DNA of 63,935 nucleotides, filler included, from Octopus bimaculoides (Eukaryota): the NCBI RefSeq assembly GCF_001194135.2. It is 9 parts of 7 records of this genome, joined end to end, with 100 filler letters (N's around TTAATTAATTAA, not from the genome) between each part and the next. Parts side by side here need not be neighbours in the genome. Positions count along the whole stretch, not along the records: positions 1 to 5,582 come from NC_068985.1; positions 5,683 to 14,344 come from NC_068981.1; 7 more parts are not named here. One strand, 5' to 3'. Positions 1-13,609 of the stretch are shown piece by piece. The notes beneath the pieces were generated by a model. That model made no database searches and was not told the DNA's origin. It worked only from the letters and a program-made list of their open reading frames with translations. Numbering within the stretch: the first letter of the stretch is position 1; each line of letters starts with the position of its first letter. The translations under genes and the position numbers were made by a program.

Positions 1-56
<56 letters not shown>

Positions 57-66
57 TATAAATATA

Positions 67-790
67 ACTATTTTAACTATTTTAAAATGTTTCAGGAGCA
101 AAGCTGCGGTCATGCTGGAGCACCACCGTTGACTGAGCTACAGCGTTATTTGAAACGTCATCTGATATGTAGCATTTGGTCAATGAGGGAGTTTGATGCA
201 GCTGCCCTTGTCTGTGTTTCCTGCCATGAGGTTGGCTCGTCTGGAATCCTTGACAGTACGAGATCCAGTTTTGTTTTAAAGACGCTTACATCCACACCAT
301 GCAGACCTCTCAGGCATTTTGGAAGGATATTAAAGAGCTGCAAGCCCCTGAAGCCCAAGCTGTTGCAGTATCTGGCCCTGTATTTTGATGGCGATGCTAG
401 GATCTTTGGCACTATGCAGTGGCGTTCCGTTTTGCAGTTTGATAGCTTTCAATACCAAAGTTTGGTACAAGTCCTTCTAGGATTTTCCAGATGTATATCA
501 CTGCATATCTCTCCCGCCTTCGTTCCATGGAGAAGAGTTTTAATTTCTCCGGCGTTCACTATTTTGCCCTCGTTTTGCTCAACCGACCTTCCATGTTTGT
601 TTTCTCCATTATCCTCTTTTTGCTCTCAACTTTGACCCTCCATAAATCTCAAATTCTATTTTGGTGCTTATGAGAGCAACTGTCTTCGAAGACTCATACT
701 GTCGTTCAATGTTTGAAGTAGATTGACAGCCGACAACTGATGAAGGGTCGTTCTTTATGTTACTTGTCCTGTTTTCCATTTGCTTCTCTC
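67..790 (-). mobile_element. 3' end of a CR1/L2-like LINE (ORF2 C-terminus plus 3' tail), degraded
   Basis: Minus-strand translation gives KLFSMERRRERYAVIYIWKILEGLVPNFGIES and FRGLQLFNILPKCLRGLHGVDVSVFKTKLDLVLSRIPDEP, typical post-RT LINE ORF2 sequence. It ends in GGTGCTCCAGCATGACCGCAG...CTGAAACA plus short tandem repeats. Confidence 0.85.
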
Positions 791-1006
791 NNNNNNNNNN
801 NNNNNNNNNNNNNNNNNNNNNNNNNNNNNNNNNNNNNNNNNNNNNNNNNNNNNNNNNNNNNNNNNNNNNNNNNNNNNNNNNNNNNNNNNNNNNNNNNNNN
901 NNNNNNNNNNNNNNNNNNNNNNNNNNNNNNNNNNNNNNNNNNNNNNNNNNNNNNNNNNNNNNNNNNNNNNNNNNNNNNNNNNNNNNNNNNNNNNNNNNNN
1001 NNNNNN

Positions 1007-1041
<35 letters not shown>

Positions 1042-1971
1042 CATCAGTTAATATTTAAGTATCGGTATGTTTTATACACACACACACACACACATATACA
1101 TACATATTTGTATGGATGTGTATATATGGTGTGAATGTGTGTTACATATATATGTAGAAGTATGTATACATACTTCTACGTGTACACACGTTAGAAACGA
1201 AAGGGCAATGTCCTTTGAAGCAACAAAAACAATTAAGACTACATTTATATTATTGAACTTATCTTCAGTATTAAAGGATATGATTTTTAAACAGCAGCCG
1301 TCTGTCTCGTAACGCCTTAATCACTTGCTGTGATTTCAGAGGTACTTGAAAAGAAAAATCTAGCTTAACTAACACACAGATCTCTCTAAACTCTGGGGTT
1401 TCTTCGCCAAGACAAATAAATACTGTGATAGACAAATATATAAATAGATAATTGAAAGGAAAGGAAAAGAAAAGAAATTGAAAGAAAGAACTAAAAAAAG
1501 AAATATTGAAACGAATGAATAAACTGCAAAGCAAATTTTCTTCTCTGTGAGCAAGTTTCTTTCAAGTTTCAATAGAAAGTTGATTTCTGATGCAGGCGGA
1601 ATGACCTTCATTCTATGAATGGATTTTGTTATTGTTTGCATTGTTCAGCCTCATATCAGCTCTGATCAAGCGAATCTGAGATCAAAGTATTGTAACCATG
1701 AACACATGTTGTTGGTTTTTCTCTTTTGATACAGTTCCTCTATTTCTAGCGCAACATTAAATAATATTTTCTTTCTTTAAAGAAATGCGGGTAAAAGTTT
1801 GTGGGAAATTTAACAGCTATTTCTTTCAAAACGACTGACCATATAGAGGCCTTTTTATTAACTCTTTATGTGTGGTTGGGTGTGCGCTGCGTATGGAGGT
1901 GATGGGGGCGGGGTAGAATTGATTTGTGTCAACGACCTGCCAATACTTGGTTGACACTATTTATTTTTATC

Positions 1972-2130
1972 AGTAGGCGTAGTTGTGTAGAAAGAAGCTT
2001 GCTTCAAAACCACATGGTTCCGGGTTCAGTCCCATTGCGTGGCACTTTGGGCAGGTTTCTTCTGCTATAGCACCAGGATGACCAAAGCCTCGTGAGTGAA
2101 TTTGGTAGACGGAAACTAAAATAAGCTCGC
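1972..2130 (+). mobile_element. SINE family A, tRNA-like head only
   Basis: A-box-like GTTGTGTAGAAAG, B-box-like GGTTCAGTCCC, then GTGGCAC-TTGGGCAGG...GACGGAAACT as in the other family A copies. Confidence 0.8.
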
Positions 2131-2462
2131 TATGTATGTATGTATGTATGCATGTTTCTATCAATGTACGCATGTATGCATTATGTACGTACATATTTAT
2201 GAATGCATGTATGTGTTTTTGGATGCATGGTATTTTTGGGTTATCTCACCCCCGTTAAAAATTAGGGTTTTTTCCCCTAACTAAAAACATTGTTTAACCC
2301 TCAATAAAACAAAAAAAGAAAATGAAAAAAATAATAGACAGGAAAAGTGGAAAGATAAAACATCTTATTGAATCTGATAATATTTTTATAACAAATCATA
2401 CAAAACTGAAAAAAAATTAAAAAACATGAAAACTGAAAAAAATTAAGCATCTTACTGAATCT

Positions 2463-2690
2463 CTTTTACTCTTTTACTTGTTTCAGTCTTTTGACTGTGG
2501 CCATGCTGGAGCACCGCCTTTAGTCGAGCAAATCGACCCCAGGACTTATTCTTTAGAAGCCTGGTACTTATTCTATCGATCTCTTTTGCCGAACCGCTAA
2601 GTTATGGGGACATAAACACACCAACATCGGTTGTCAAGCGATGTTGGGGGGACAAACACAGACACAAACATACACACACACACACACACA
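2463..2690 (-). mobile_element. SINE family A, 3' half
   Basis: Near-identical to the tail of 22510-22900 (GGCCATGCTGGAGCACCGCCTTTAGTCGAGCAAATCGACCCCAGGACTT). Confidence 0.9.
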
Positions 2691-3178
2691 NNNNNNNNNN
2701 NNNNNNNNNNNNNNNNNNNNNNNNNNNNNNNNNNNNNNNNNNNNNNNNNNNNNNNNNNNNNNNNNNNNNNNNNNNNNNNNNNNNNNNNNNNNNNNNNNNN
2801 NNNNNNNNNNNNNNNNNNNNNNNNNNNNNNNNNNNNNNNNNNNNNNNNNNNNNNNNNNNNNNNNNNNNNNNNNNNNNNNNNNNNNNNNNNNNNNNNNNNN
2901 NNNNNNNNNNNNNNNNNNNNNNNNNNNNNNNNNNNNNNNNNNNNNNNNNNNNNNNNNNNNNNNNNNNNNNNNNNNNNNNNNNNNNNNNNNNNNNNNNNNN
3001 NNNNNNNNNNNNNNNNNNNNNNNNNNNNNNNNNNNNNNNNNNNNNNNNNNNNNNNNNNNNNNNNNNNNNNNNNNNNNNNNNNNNNNNNNNNNNNNNNNNN
3101 NNNNNNNNNNNNNNNNNNNNNNNNNNNNNNNNNNNNNNNNNNNNNNNNNNNNNNNNNNNNNNNNNNNNNNNNNNNNNN

Positions 3179-3250
3179 CCCTAATAGTGGTTTGGAATTT
3201 ATCCCTAATAGTGGTTTGGAATTTATCCCTAATAGTGGTTTGGAATTTAA
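3179..3250. repeat. 24-bp minisatellite, about 3 visible copies running into a gap
   Basis: Unit CCTAATAGTGGTTTGGAATTTATC repeated directly. Confidence 0.9.
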
Positions 3251-3503
3251 CTGTCCTCTCTAGCGTGCAGGTAGTCCTATGACGGATACCTCTTATGTGT
3301 TTAAATGTACACTGTATTTATATGAATAATATATAGTCTATTGACAAATTTTTACACGCTAGGCCACTGGTAATGGAAATTTCTAATATTTCAGATTACC
3401 CTTTGATATTATTAATTTTTTATTCACTCCTTGAAGAATGCATTAATTATTTCAGCCTGGTTGTGTTTGTAGACAGTTGAAAAGAATACTTTTAATAAAA
3501 ACA

Positions 3504-3542
<39 letters not shown>

Positions 3543-3679
3543 ATGATAGCATTGTAGTTACAGATGGACCACTTGTAGTTGCGGGTGGGCCCCCTTAGTC
3601 TCCTGGCAACCAGTATTTTTAGACCCAGTCCGCCACAGTATATATCGATATAGAAACACACGCACGACGAGCTAAGAAA

Positions 3680-3880
3680 ATTATTAGCCCGCTGGACAAG
3701 ATGCTTAATAGCATTTCGTTCATTTTTACGTCCTGAGTTCAAAGTCTCCTGGGGTCGGCTTTGCCTGTCATTCTTTCGGGGTCTTTAAAATAACTACCAG
3801 TCTGAGCACTGGAGTCGATGTCATCAACTAATCCACCTCCCATAAAATGTCAGGCCTTGTTCCTAAGTAGAAATGATTTT
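3680..3880 (+). mobile_element. SINE family B
   Basis: GATGCTTAATAGCATTTCG...CTGAGTTCAAA...CTTTGCC-GTCATTCTTTCGGGG matches the copies at 48180-48400 and 56955-57165. Confidence 0.75.
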
Positions 3881-4761
3881 TAATGTTAAAATGGTGTAGC
3901 TGATATTAATAACTATAATAGCTATTTAACCCCCGGTCAGTTGTGATCTAATTGGCCTATGATCGATAACATTACATTTATGGCCACCCAGCCTATTTAA
4001 GAGTATATCTCGATCAATATAACCCATGCTTAGACGGCTCGTGTTGGTCGACCACATGCTACATGATCACGGCAGATGAAAAAGTATCTCTCCGAGCTGG
4101 AGACTAACCGGAATATTGGTCGACGGGCCGGCCGGAAGGAACCGGGAATACACTGAAAAATAATGTATGCATCATCACACTGCAACGGTGCATACCTCTA
4201 AATCTGATCTAACTTAGATATTACTAAATATGTCATTTTGTTATTTAGTAGTGGTAGGATACGAATTAGCAGATGGCTGATTGCTATTTCTAGCTTGTTT
4301 ACCGACAAGGTATAAGTTTTTTCATTGGTTCCTGTTTATAATTTGTACCAAAGAATCTTCAGTTCAAAGCGTGTACGTCAGCGCCTGCTTAATAACTGTG
4401 TTCAAGGCCTTTAACGACCGAGTTCACCGCACTGCAATTGTTGTTTAATCTCAGGTCAATTCTTATCGAACAGAATTATAATCAATAGCGTTCTATCAAT
4501 GAACATGCTGCTGTCATTTGGTAAGAGATATCAATTTTTAATTAATAAATAATAGTTTATTAAATGTCTCTCTATTTTCTTATCTTATTTAAATAAATAA
4601 ATATATATAAACCACAATTTATATAGTTACCTTACAGTTGAATATTAATTGTAATGTTCAACATTCTTTGTGTAGGTAACTAACCAGTACTTTCATTGGA
4701 TTTTATTATCCCTTAATGAGGTCTGTAACCTTTAATTGTACTTATATGTGAGTGTATAGAA

Positions 4762-5209
4762 CAGGTACGTGCCGTTAGTAATTACTCAAGGTAGGCAGAT
4801 GGTGACGTTTATGTAGTAAAATACACAAAAGAATAAGCCAAACATAGGCGTGCGACTGATTTGAAGGCAGATTTACTTCTGCCTTTNNNNNNNNNNTGAA
4901 GGCAGATTTACTTCTGCCTTTATAGCGCGTAAAGAAAACGTTGTTGTAGGAATGTACGCAGCACGTGTACTACAGCAGTTTTATGCGTAGCTTTAATATT
5001 GAGATTGAAAAGCAGGGGCGAATTATGCCTACTTAACCAACAAAATAAAAAATATATATATATTGTATTTTATGCATAATAATCAGAGTAACCTTCATAG
5101 TTTTATTGAATTAAGCGCACATTTTGCCATAAAAGGAAAATGCTATTATTAATCTATTTTATCCAGGGTAGACACTGCCTACCTTGCCTGCCCAGGCGGC
5201 ACGTCCCTC
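4762..5209. mobile_element. hAT-like MITE
   Basis: Left end CAGGTACGTGCCG...CAAGGTAGGCAG; right end reverse-complements to GAGGGACGTGCCG...CAAGGTAGGCAG. Flanks GTATAGAA / ATATAAAA are a 6/8 match to an 8-bp TSD. Confidence 0.55.
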
Positions 5210-5334
5210 ATATAAAACTACATTGTTAAGTAAGCGCGGCCGTACTTTAAGGGGATTTATTTGCCGTATCTAGCAGGTCAACGACCGCACATAATCTAAG
5301 TAGGTCAACAGGTGCTTATGATGTATTTCAGGAA

Positions 5335-5490
5335 TCGTCGTTGTTATTATCATTATCACCATCACCATCATCATCATCATCAACACCATCACTACAGCTA
5401 CAATCATCATCATCATCATCATCGTCGTCGTCGTCGTCGTCGTCGTCATTGTCAGCAGCAGTAACAACAACAACAACAACAACAACAGTA
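5335..5490. repeat. Compound trinucleotide microsatellite (GTT/ATT/ATC/ACC/GTC/AAC)
   Basis: Read directly. Confidence 0.95.
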
Positions 5491-5626
5491 TGTCTAAAGA
5501 ATAAACGAGTAAATATATTCACAGCATCTCAAAGAGATTTTTATTTTTTCCAACAGTTTAAAGCAAAGGAAATCAAGATAAANNNNNNNNNNNNNNNNNN
5601 NNNNNNNNNNNNNNNNNNNNNNNNNN

Positions 5627-5638
5627 TTAATTAATTAA
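5627..5638. other. Artificial TTAATTAATTAA spacer inside a 100-bp gap (first of eight)
   Basis: 44 N + TTAATTAATTAA + 44 N. The same structure occurs near 14390, 38550, 49470, 54045, 56565, 60700 and 62612. Confidence 0.95.
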
Positions 5639-5749
5639 NNNNNNNNNNNNNNNNNNNNNNNNNNNNNNNNNNNNNNNNNNNNGAAGCTGACACATTTTAA
5701 AGAATCAAAGAATTAAAGAATATGTATGCATGTGTGTGTTTAGATAGAT

Positions 5750-6015
<266 letters not shown>

Positions 6016-6114
6016 TGTCATGCTTTTGGTGACAACTGTTGTTTGATTGAAATGCAATTAAAATAATTATTTTAATTAAATGTTTCATGGGTTTCACCTA
6101 ATTTCAGAATCTTT

Positions 6115-6545
6115 CATCTTTTACTTGTTTCAATCATCAGACAACGACCATACTGGAGCACCGCCTTGTAGAATTTTACTCAAGCGAATCGACCCCTTTA
6201 CTTTTCTTAAGCCTGGTAATATCAAAATCATTTGCTGAACTGTTAAGTTACAGAGACATAAACACACCAACACAGGTTGTCAAGCGGTGTTGGGGGACAA
6301 ACAGAGACCCATGACCCCCACCCCGTATACACACACATATACGCATGCACACACATGCACATACATATGTATACATAGTACGGGCTTCTTTCAGTTTCCA
6401 ACAACTAAATCCACTTAAAAAGTTTTCATTGGCACGAGGTTATAGTAAAAGACACTTGCCCAATGTGACAAGCTGTGGGACTGAACCCGGAAACCTGTGG
6501 TTGGGAAGCAAATTTCTTACCACACAGCCACACCTGTGCCTATAT
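6115..6545 (-). mobile_element. SINE family A, full composite copy
   Basis: Head, CA/TA microsatellite spacer and tail in the same order as 22510-22900. Confidence 0.85.
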
Positions 6546-6562
6546 ACACACATGCACGCATG

Positions 6563-6593
<31 letters not shown>

Positions 6594-7344
6594 ATGTATG
6601 TATGTTTTCCATAACTTAATGTACTTTTGGTGTACTCTACGATGTTATTTCTGCAATTTATGTTCTCCTGAAATTGTCATCTGCTCCAGGAAAATTTAAC
6701 ATGACTGAGATTTGTGATTATTAGAAAAGTTAAGAGTATATCTCATGAGTTATTTATTTTGTTATATCAGTAAAGATGAGGGTGAAATAGCCCCTCCCTG
6801 GGCCTAGTCTCACAGCAAGACTAAATATCTCTCTATAATAATTGTCGATATAAATGTTGGTTGGTTGGCTGGTTGGTTAGTTTCTCCTGTCACGTTTTAT
6901 AACGTATAGACGGAGTGGGAGAGAGTAATATNNNNNNNNNNNNNNNNNNNNNNNNNNNNNNNNNNNNNNNNNNNNNNNNNNNNNNNNNNNNNNNNNNNNN
7001 NNNNNNNNNNNNNNNNNNNNNNNNNNNNNNNNNNNNNNNNNNNNNNNNNNNNNNNNNNNNNNNNNNNNNNNNNNNNNNNNNNNNNNNNNNNNNNNNNNNN
7101 NNNNNNNNNNNNNNNNNNNNNNNNNNNNNNNNNNNNNNNNNNNNNNNNNNNNNNNNNNNNNNNNNNNNNNNNNNNNNNNNNNNNNNNNNNNNNNNNNNNN
7201 NNNNNNNNNNNNNNNNNNNNNNNNNNNNNNNNNNNNNNNNNNNNNNNNNNNNNNNNNNNNNNNNNNNNNNNNNNNNNNNNNNNNNNNNNNNNNNNNNNNN
7301 NNNNNNNNNNNNNNNNNNNNNNNNNNNNNATATATATATACATA

Positions 7345-7585
7345 TATATAGGCTGTTGCACTCACAATCGTTAGACCGTAGGTTCCATTCCTGGACAGGG
7401 CTCTGCATTATGGTTTTGACCAAGTTACTTCATTTCCCGTTGTTCCAGTTCACTAGGTTGTAAATAGGTAACCGTGCGATGAAATACCCTTCTGGTCATT
7501 CGAAAGTTAAAACGATGCAAACCGCATTGTGATCAGCGATGTATAATATCATCCGATAGTCTAGTCGATCATGTAATCACGTGAT
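7345..7585 (+). mobile_element. tRNA-derived SINE of another family
   Basis: B-box-like GGTTCCATTCC followed by a body similar to the minus-strand head at 55570-55690. Confidence 0.55.
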
Positions 7586-7685
7586 ATATATACATATATA
7601 TATATACATATAAAGAGAGAGAGAGAGAGACACGCATACACACACGCATGCACACACATACATACACATAAGCATACCTAAATGT

Positions 7686-7784
<99 letters not shown>

Positions 7785-8079
7785 AGGGAAAGAATGTGGG
7801 ATAGATGAAATGACAATGAGAAAAGAGTTATTGCAATGTAATCAGTGTGTTAATTAATCTTTCTTTCTGGGGTAATTAATAATGAAAGAGTTTAATTGGT
7901 AAAGAACGGGACATATATGGACATAGTGCATACGTGTGTACATGTGTGTGAGTGTTTATATATGTATGTTGGCGTGTGTATGGTTGTGTGTTTATGTGTG
8001 TGAATATATCGGTGTTTGAGTGTTTCTGTAAGTCTATAGATGTGTGTATGTGTATATGTGTGCATATGTACAACTGTGT

Positions 8080-8129
<50 letters not shown>

Positions 8130-9019
8130 NNNNNNNNNNNNNNNNNNNNNNNNNNNNNNNNNNNNNNNNNNNNNNNNNNNNNNNNNNNNNNNNNNNNNNN
8201 NNNNNNNNNNNNNNNNNNNNNNNNNNNNNNNNNNNNNNNNNNNNNNNNNNNNNNNNNNNNNNNNNNNNNNNNNNNNNNNNNNNNNNNNNNNNNNNNNNNN
8301 NNNNNNNNNNNNNNNNNNNNNNNNNNNNNNNNNNNNNNNNNNNNNNNNNNNNNNNNNNNNNNNNNNNNNNNNNNNNNNNNNNNNNNNNNNNNNNNNNNNN
8401 NNNNNNNNNNNNNNNNNNNNNNNNNNNNNNNNNNNNNNNNNNNNNNNNNNNNNNNNNNNNNNNNNNNNNNNNNNNNNNNNNNNNNNNNNNNNNNNNNNNN
8501 NNNNNNNNNNNNNNNNNNNNNNNNNNNNNNNNNNNGAGAGAACAAGAGAGTTGAAGATCAAGAGAGAGAGAGAGAGAGAGAACAAGAGAGTTGAAGATCA
8601 AGAGAGAGAGAGGAGAAAGATAGAGATTGTGAGAGAGAAAGAGAGTAGGGAGAAATAGTAGAGTATACAGAGAGAGAAAAGGAATTGGGTAGAGACATGG
8701 AGAGAAAACGTGTGTGTGTGTGATTGGAGAAGGAGTGAGAGGAGAATAAGGTAAGAAAGAAAAAGAGAGAAATGAAGGAGTTAAAAGAAGGATGTGAATG
8801 AGAATTTGGAAAAAAAACTAGGAAAATGAGAGAAGGAAGCAATGAAAGCTACAAGATTGAAGGAAGGAAAAAAGAGGAAGAAATTAGTGAAGAAAAAGAT
8901 GGAAGGAAGGAAGGAAGGAAATGAGAAAAAAGTAAAATGGAATGAATGAAAATTTGAAAAGAAAAAAGTGAGGAAGAGAAAGAAGAAATATATTGATGCG
9001 TGTTTGTGTATCTCTGTAT

Positions 9020-9305
9020 AGAGAGAGTGGTAAGATGTCTGCTTGCTAACCACATGGTTCTGGGTTCAGTGCCACTGCGTGGTAACTTGGGCAAGTACAT
9101 GGAAACTGAAAGAAGCCTGTTGTATATATGTGCGTGTGTCTCTCCCCACCTTGACAACCGGTGTTGGTGTGTTTACATCCCCATAACTTGGTGTTTCAGC
9201 GATAGAATAAGTATCAGGCTTAAAAATGAGTCCTGGGGCTGATTCCTTCAAGGCAGTGCACCAGCATGGCCGCAGTCTAATGACTGAAACAAGTAAAAGA
9301 TAAAA
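9020..9305 (+). mobile_element. SINE family A, internally deleted
   Basis: Head GTGGTAAG...GGTTCAGTGCCACTGCGTGG and tail CAGCATGGCCGCAGTCTAATGACTGAAACAAGTAAAAGA. Confidence 0.85.
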
Positions 9306-10278
9306 CATATGGGGACATAGTGCGTGTGTGTGTGTATTGTACAGATATATGTATGTATTTCCTGGGCAATAGTGTGTATTCTGGAAACGCATTTGTGTGT
9401 GAGTGTGTGCGTGTGCGTGTGTGTGAATATATGCATAAATGAATTTAAGAATAAAACGAATGAGATCCACGTAAGTAAAATAAAACAAAATTGGATAAAA
9501 AAAGTAAAAGTTTTTTTTTTTTTAAAAACAATAAAACAGGCAACTAAGCTACCAATCGACCAACCAAGCACCCAATAAACCAGCTGGCCAAACCACAACT
9601 CCACCACCACTAACTATAACCAACTGTCCAACCAACTAAGCCACCGACCTTCCAATTAAGAAGCCAACCGGCCAATCTACCNNNNNNNNNNNNNNNNNNN
9701 NNNNNNNNNNNNNNNNNNNNNNNNNNNNNNNNNNNNNNNNNNNNNNNNNNNNNNNNNNNNNNNNNNNNNNNNNNNNNNNNNNNNNNNNNNNNNNNNNNNN
9801 NNNNNNNNNNNNNNNNNNNNNNNNNNNNNNNNNNNNNNNNNNNNNNNNNNNNNNNNNNNNNNNNNNNNNNNNNNNNNNNNNNNNNNNNNNNNNNNNNNNN
9901 NNNNNNNNNNNNNNNNNNNNNNNNNNNNNNNNNNNNNNNNNNNNNNNNNNNNNNNNNNNNNNNNNNNNNNNNNNNNNNNNNNNNNNNNNNNNNNNNNNNN
10001 NNNNNNNNNNNNNNNNNNNNNNNNNNNNNNNNNNNNNNNNNNNNNNNNNNNNNNNNNNNNNNNNNNNNNNNNNNNNNNNNNNNNNNNNNNNNNNNNNNNN
10101 NNNNNNNNNNNNNNNNNNNNNNNNNNNNNNNNNNNNNNNNNNNNNNNNNNNNNNNNNNNNNNNNNNNNNNNNNNNNNNNNNNNNNNNNNNNNNNNNNNNN
10201 NNNNNNNNNNNNNNNNNNNNNNNNNNNNNNNNNNNNNNNNNNNNNNNNNNNNNNNNNNNNNNNNNNNNNNNNNNNNNN

Positions 10279-10323
<45 letters not shown>

Positions 10324-10689
10324 ACAAATGCATTTCCAGAATACACACTACTGCCCAAGAAATACATATATATATATGTCTGTACAATACACACACACAC
10401 ACAACACACACCCTTGCATATACTACGAGGATACCCGGCGTTGTTCAGGAAACAAATGGTTCAGTTTATCTTGTATCTTTTATCCTTGACTTGTTTCACT
10501 CATTAGACTACGGCCATGCTGGAGCATGGCCTTGAAGTGTTTTAGTCAAACAAATCGGCCCTTCAGTACTTAACTTTTAAAAAGGCTGCTTATCATCTTA
10601 TCTGTTTCTTTTGCCCGACCGCTAGTTATGAAGAGGGGAAACAAATCAACACTGGTTGTCCAGCAATGGAGAGGGTACAAGCACCAAAG

Positions 10690-10724
<35 letters not shown>

Positions 10725-10726
<2 letters not shown>

Positions 10727-11155
10727 TAGGCGTAGGAGTGGCTATGTGGTAAGTAGCTTGCTTTCCAACCTCATGGTTCTGGGTTCAGTCCCACTATGTG
10801 GCACCTTGAGCAAGTGTCTTCAACTATAGCCTTGGGCCGACCAAAGCCTTGTGAGTGGATTTGGTTGGCGGAAACTGAAAGAAACCCGTCGCATATATAT
10901 GTATGTATATATATATTTGTTTGTGTGTGTATATTTTGTGTGTCTGTGTTTGTCCCCCACCCTCGTTTGACAACCTCGCTTGAAAACCGATGCTGGTGTG
11001 TTTACATCCCCGTAACTTAGTGGTTCAGCAAAAGGACCCGATAGAATAAGTACTAGGCTTACAAAGAATAAGTCCTGGGGTTGATTTGCTCAACTAAAGG
11101 TGGTGGTCCAGCATGGCCACAGTCAACTGACTGAAACAAGTAAGAGAATAAAAGA
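10725..11155 (+). mobile_element. SINE family A, full copy
   Basis: ATAGGCGTAGGAGTGGCTATGTGGTAAG through GACTGAAACAAGTAAGAGAATAAAAGA. Confidence 0.9.
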
Positions 11156-11699
11156 ATATATATATATATGTACATGCAGAAGACGGGCTTCCACACAATT
11201 TCCGTATACCATATCCACGTACAAAGCATTGGTCAGCCTGAAACTTTTTTAGAAAATGCCTTGCCCAAATTGCAGTCGAGTGGGACAGAACCCAAAACCA
11301 TACGATTGAAAAGTAAGCTTTTAAACCACGTGGTTTCTTTTCTTATCTTGAATATTGACAGGAAGCTTCTTTTTTGATTGGGGAAGTGTGAAACAAAGTT
11401 CCTTGCTCAAGGATAAAACGTGGTGTCTAGGAATCAAACCCCGACCTTATAATCAGGAACCTAACAACCAAACTACTAAGTCCAGTTATTAATAGATACA
11501 ATACTGGTGCCACGTAAAAAGCATTGGTGCTAGCACCACTTTAAAAAAAACTGAAATTAAAACATTTCCTTCATGGAAAGCACACACAGCTATTCAAAAT
11601 CACACAAAAACTTTTACTTTAACTTTACTTACACATTTATCATTTGGCATCAAGATTTTCGTTACACCAATCGCGAAAACATGGAAACATGTATATGCT

Positions 11700-12070
11700 G
11701 ACCAATAAGCATGGCTGTGTGATAAGAACTTCCCTTCACAACCAAATGCTTCCGGGTTCAGTCCCACTGCGTGGCACCTTGGGCAAGTGTCTTCTACTAT
11801 AGCCTCGGGCCAACCAAAGCCTTGTGAGTGGATTTGGTGAATGGAAACTGAAAGAAGCCCATCGTATAAATATATGTCTCTGTGTGTGTCTTTGTGTCTG
11901 TGTTTGTCTCCAGCTTCCATTTGACAAACGATGTTGGTCTTTTGACGTCTCCGTGACTTACCAACCTTTAAAAAAAGTACTGGGGTGGATTCATTCGACT
12001 TAGAATTCTTTAAGGCAGTGCTCTAGCATGGCCGAAGTCTCATGACTGAAACAAATAAAAGATAAAAAGA
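11700..12070 (+). mobile_element. SINE family A
   Basis: Same head and tail motifs. Confidence 0.85.
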
Positions 12071-12574
12071 CATAAAAAGAACCACCTCATCTATGACCAG
12101 ATTCATTGGTCTGAGTCAGTGCCCAGGTTGCAGATGGCGTGACGAAAATTTTGATATGAAGTAAATGCTGAAGTGTCATTAATAGTCTTTGTGTGTTTCT
12201 GCAATTATATTATTAATGTACATACTTTATTACCGCGGCAAGAGAACAAAATACTTGTGTGATATTAACTCAATGGCATTTAAAAGTCACTGCTTATGTT
12301 ATGTAAGAGGCATCCACATTCACACATAACTAATACACACATACATACTGAAATATGCATTCGTATTCATTGTTATACACACACATAGATACTCACACGG
12401 GCAGTGACATTTGTACGGCATCATAAACTGTGAAATTGGTTCTATTTACAATTTTCCAGTTCGTTTTCTGGTGCCAGCTATGTTCAAAGGTTTTGAAGCT
12501 AAAGAATCCAGTGTTTCCTCTAGCATGAACCTTTCCGTAAATTCGGAAAATTAATGCTACGAAATTGTACTGTA

Positions 12575-13000
12575 ATATTGGTTGCCTGCTGCTAACCGAA
12601 GTATAATAGATATTCCATCAGTGTCCGATGACGACGAAGTCTGTGTTCTCAGCGATGAGAGCACTTGTGATTCCACAGTCCAAAGCTGGAAGCACACAGT
12701 CACCCACAGATGTCACAACGATAGTCTGTTGACTGGATTGAGGCGGACGCAGCCCTGTGGCATCTTTCTCTTGTAGCAGGGAGATGCTGTTGTTGGTCCT
12801 CTTCGAAGGCAACTGCTGCTCATGAGGTGAGAAACCTTCACGCTGGTCTGTCTGCGGCAGAGGCTTTGAGTTTGCGTGGTCTAATGCTACTCCATTTGAG
12901 GTTACTTTTCAGAGTGTGTTTGTACCTCAGTTTAGTCCTCCCTCATTTGCGTGAGCCCTGCATGAGCTTGCCGTACAAACAGCTGCCTGGGTATTGAAGT
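12575..13000 (-). mobile_element. RTE-BovB-like LINE ORF2 C-terminal fragment, degraded
   Basis: With stops and a frameshift: PRQL.YGKLMQGSRK*GRTKLRYKHTLKSNLK...ADRPA*R...AFEE...DYRCDICG*LCASSFGLWNHKCSH. This is the BovB-type tail with its terminal zinc finger. Confidence 0.8.
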
Positions 13001-13089
13001 ATTATAACAAACATATAATGTACTAATGTGAAGGGGCGTGGCTTATTTCACATCGCACCAGTCCATTTGGCTGGCAAAAATGAGTAATA

Positions 13090-13260
13090 CCTGTATTTCA
13101 AAGGGGCCAGCCTTGACATTTTCTGTGTCACACTGAATCCCCCTGAGAACTACATTGAGGGTACGTGACCCTGTGGAGCACCCAGTCACTTGCACGTTAT
13201 CCGTTGACCGGATAAACTGAAGCATTCATTGTCGTAACCAATGGAGTGCCAGTTTAATGT
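13090..13260 (-). mobile_element. Interspersed repeat family D (SINE-like)
   Basis: Matches 62280-62460 (AACGTGCAAGTG...CTCCACAG...CTTAACGTAGTTCTC...CAGCGTGACACAG). Confidence 0.75.
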
Positions 13261-13609
13261 ACTAATTTACTGACATATATACGAGCTTTTAGTAAAACTA
13301 TATACATTGACAAACACAAAAAGCAACATGGACGCTTTAACCTGAGATGTTTTATTCAAAATTTTTCAAAGTGTTTCTTTCCACTAAACCGAACAAAACT
13401 GTGATTATATTTCGGAATTGTTATTTGAAAAGCATTTATTTGGTAAGAAGCATTGATCGCAATTTCTGCCAGTAGAATGAACACGTAGCAGACTTGATAT
13501 AACAGCTGCCATCATGAAGCTGCTTCTGGTCCCGACGTCGCCTTTGTTCTTCTGATTCCAACGTTTGTAGTACTGCTTCTTCGTTTGTTTGTTTTTTTTT
13601 TTGTTTTTT

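Noticed and set aside
4861-4922. Direct repeat GAAGGCAGATTTACTTCTGCCTTT on both sides of a 10-N gap
   Set aside because: Typical unmerged contig overlap, not a biological duplication.
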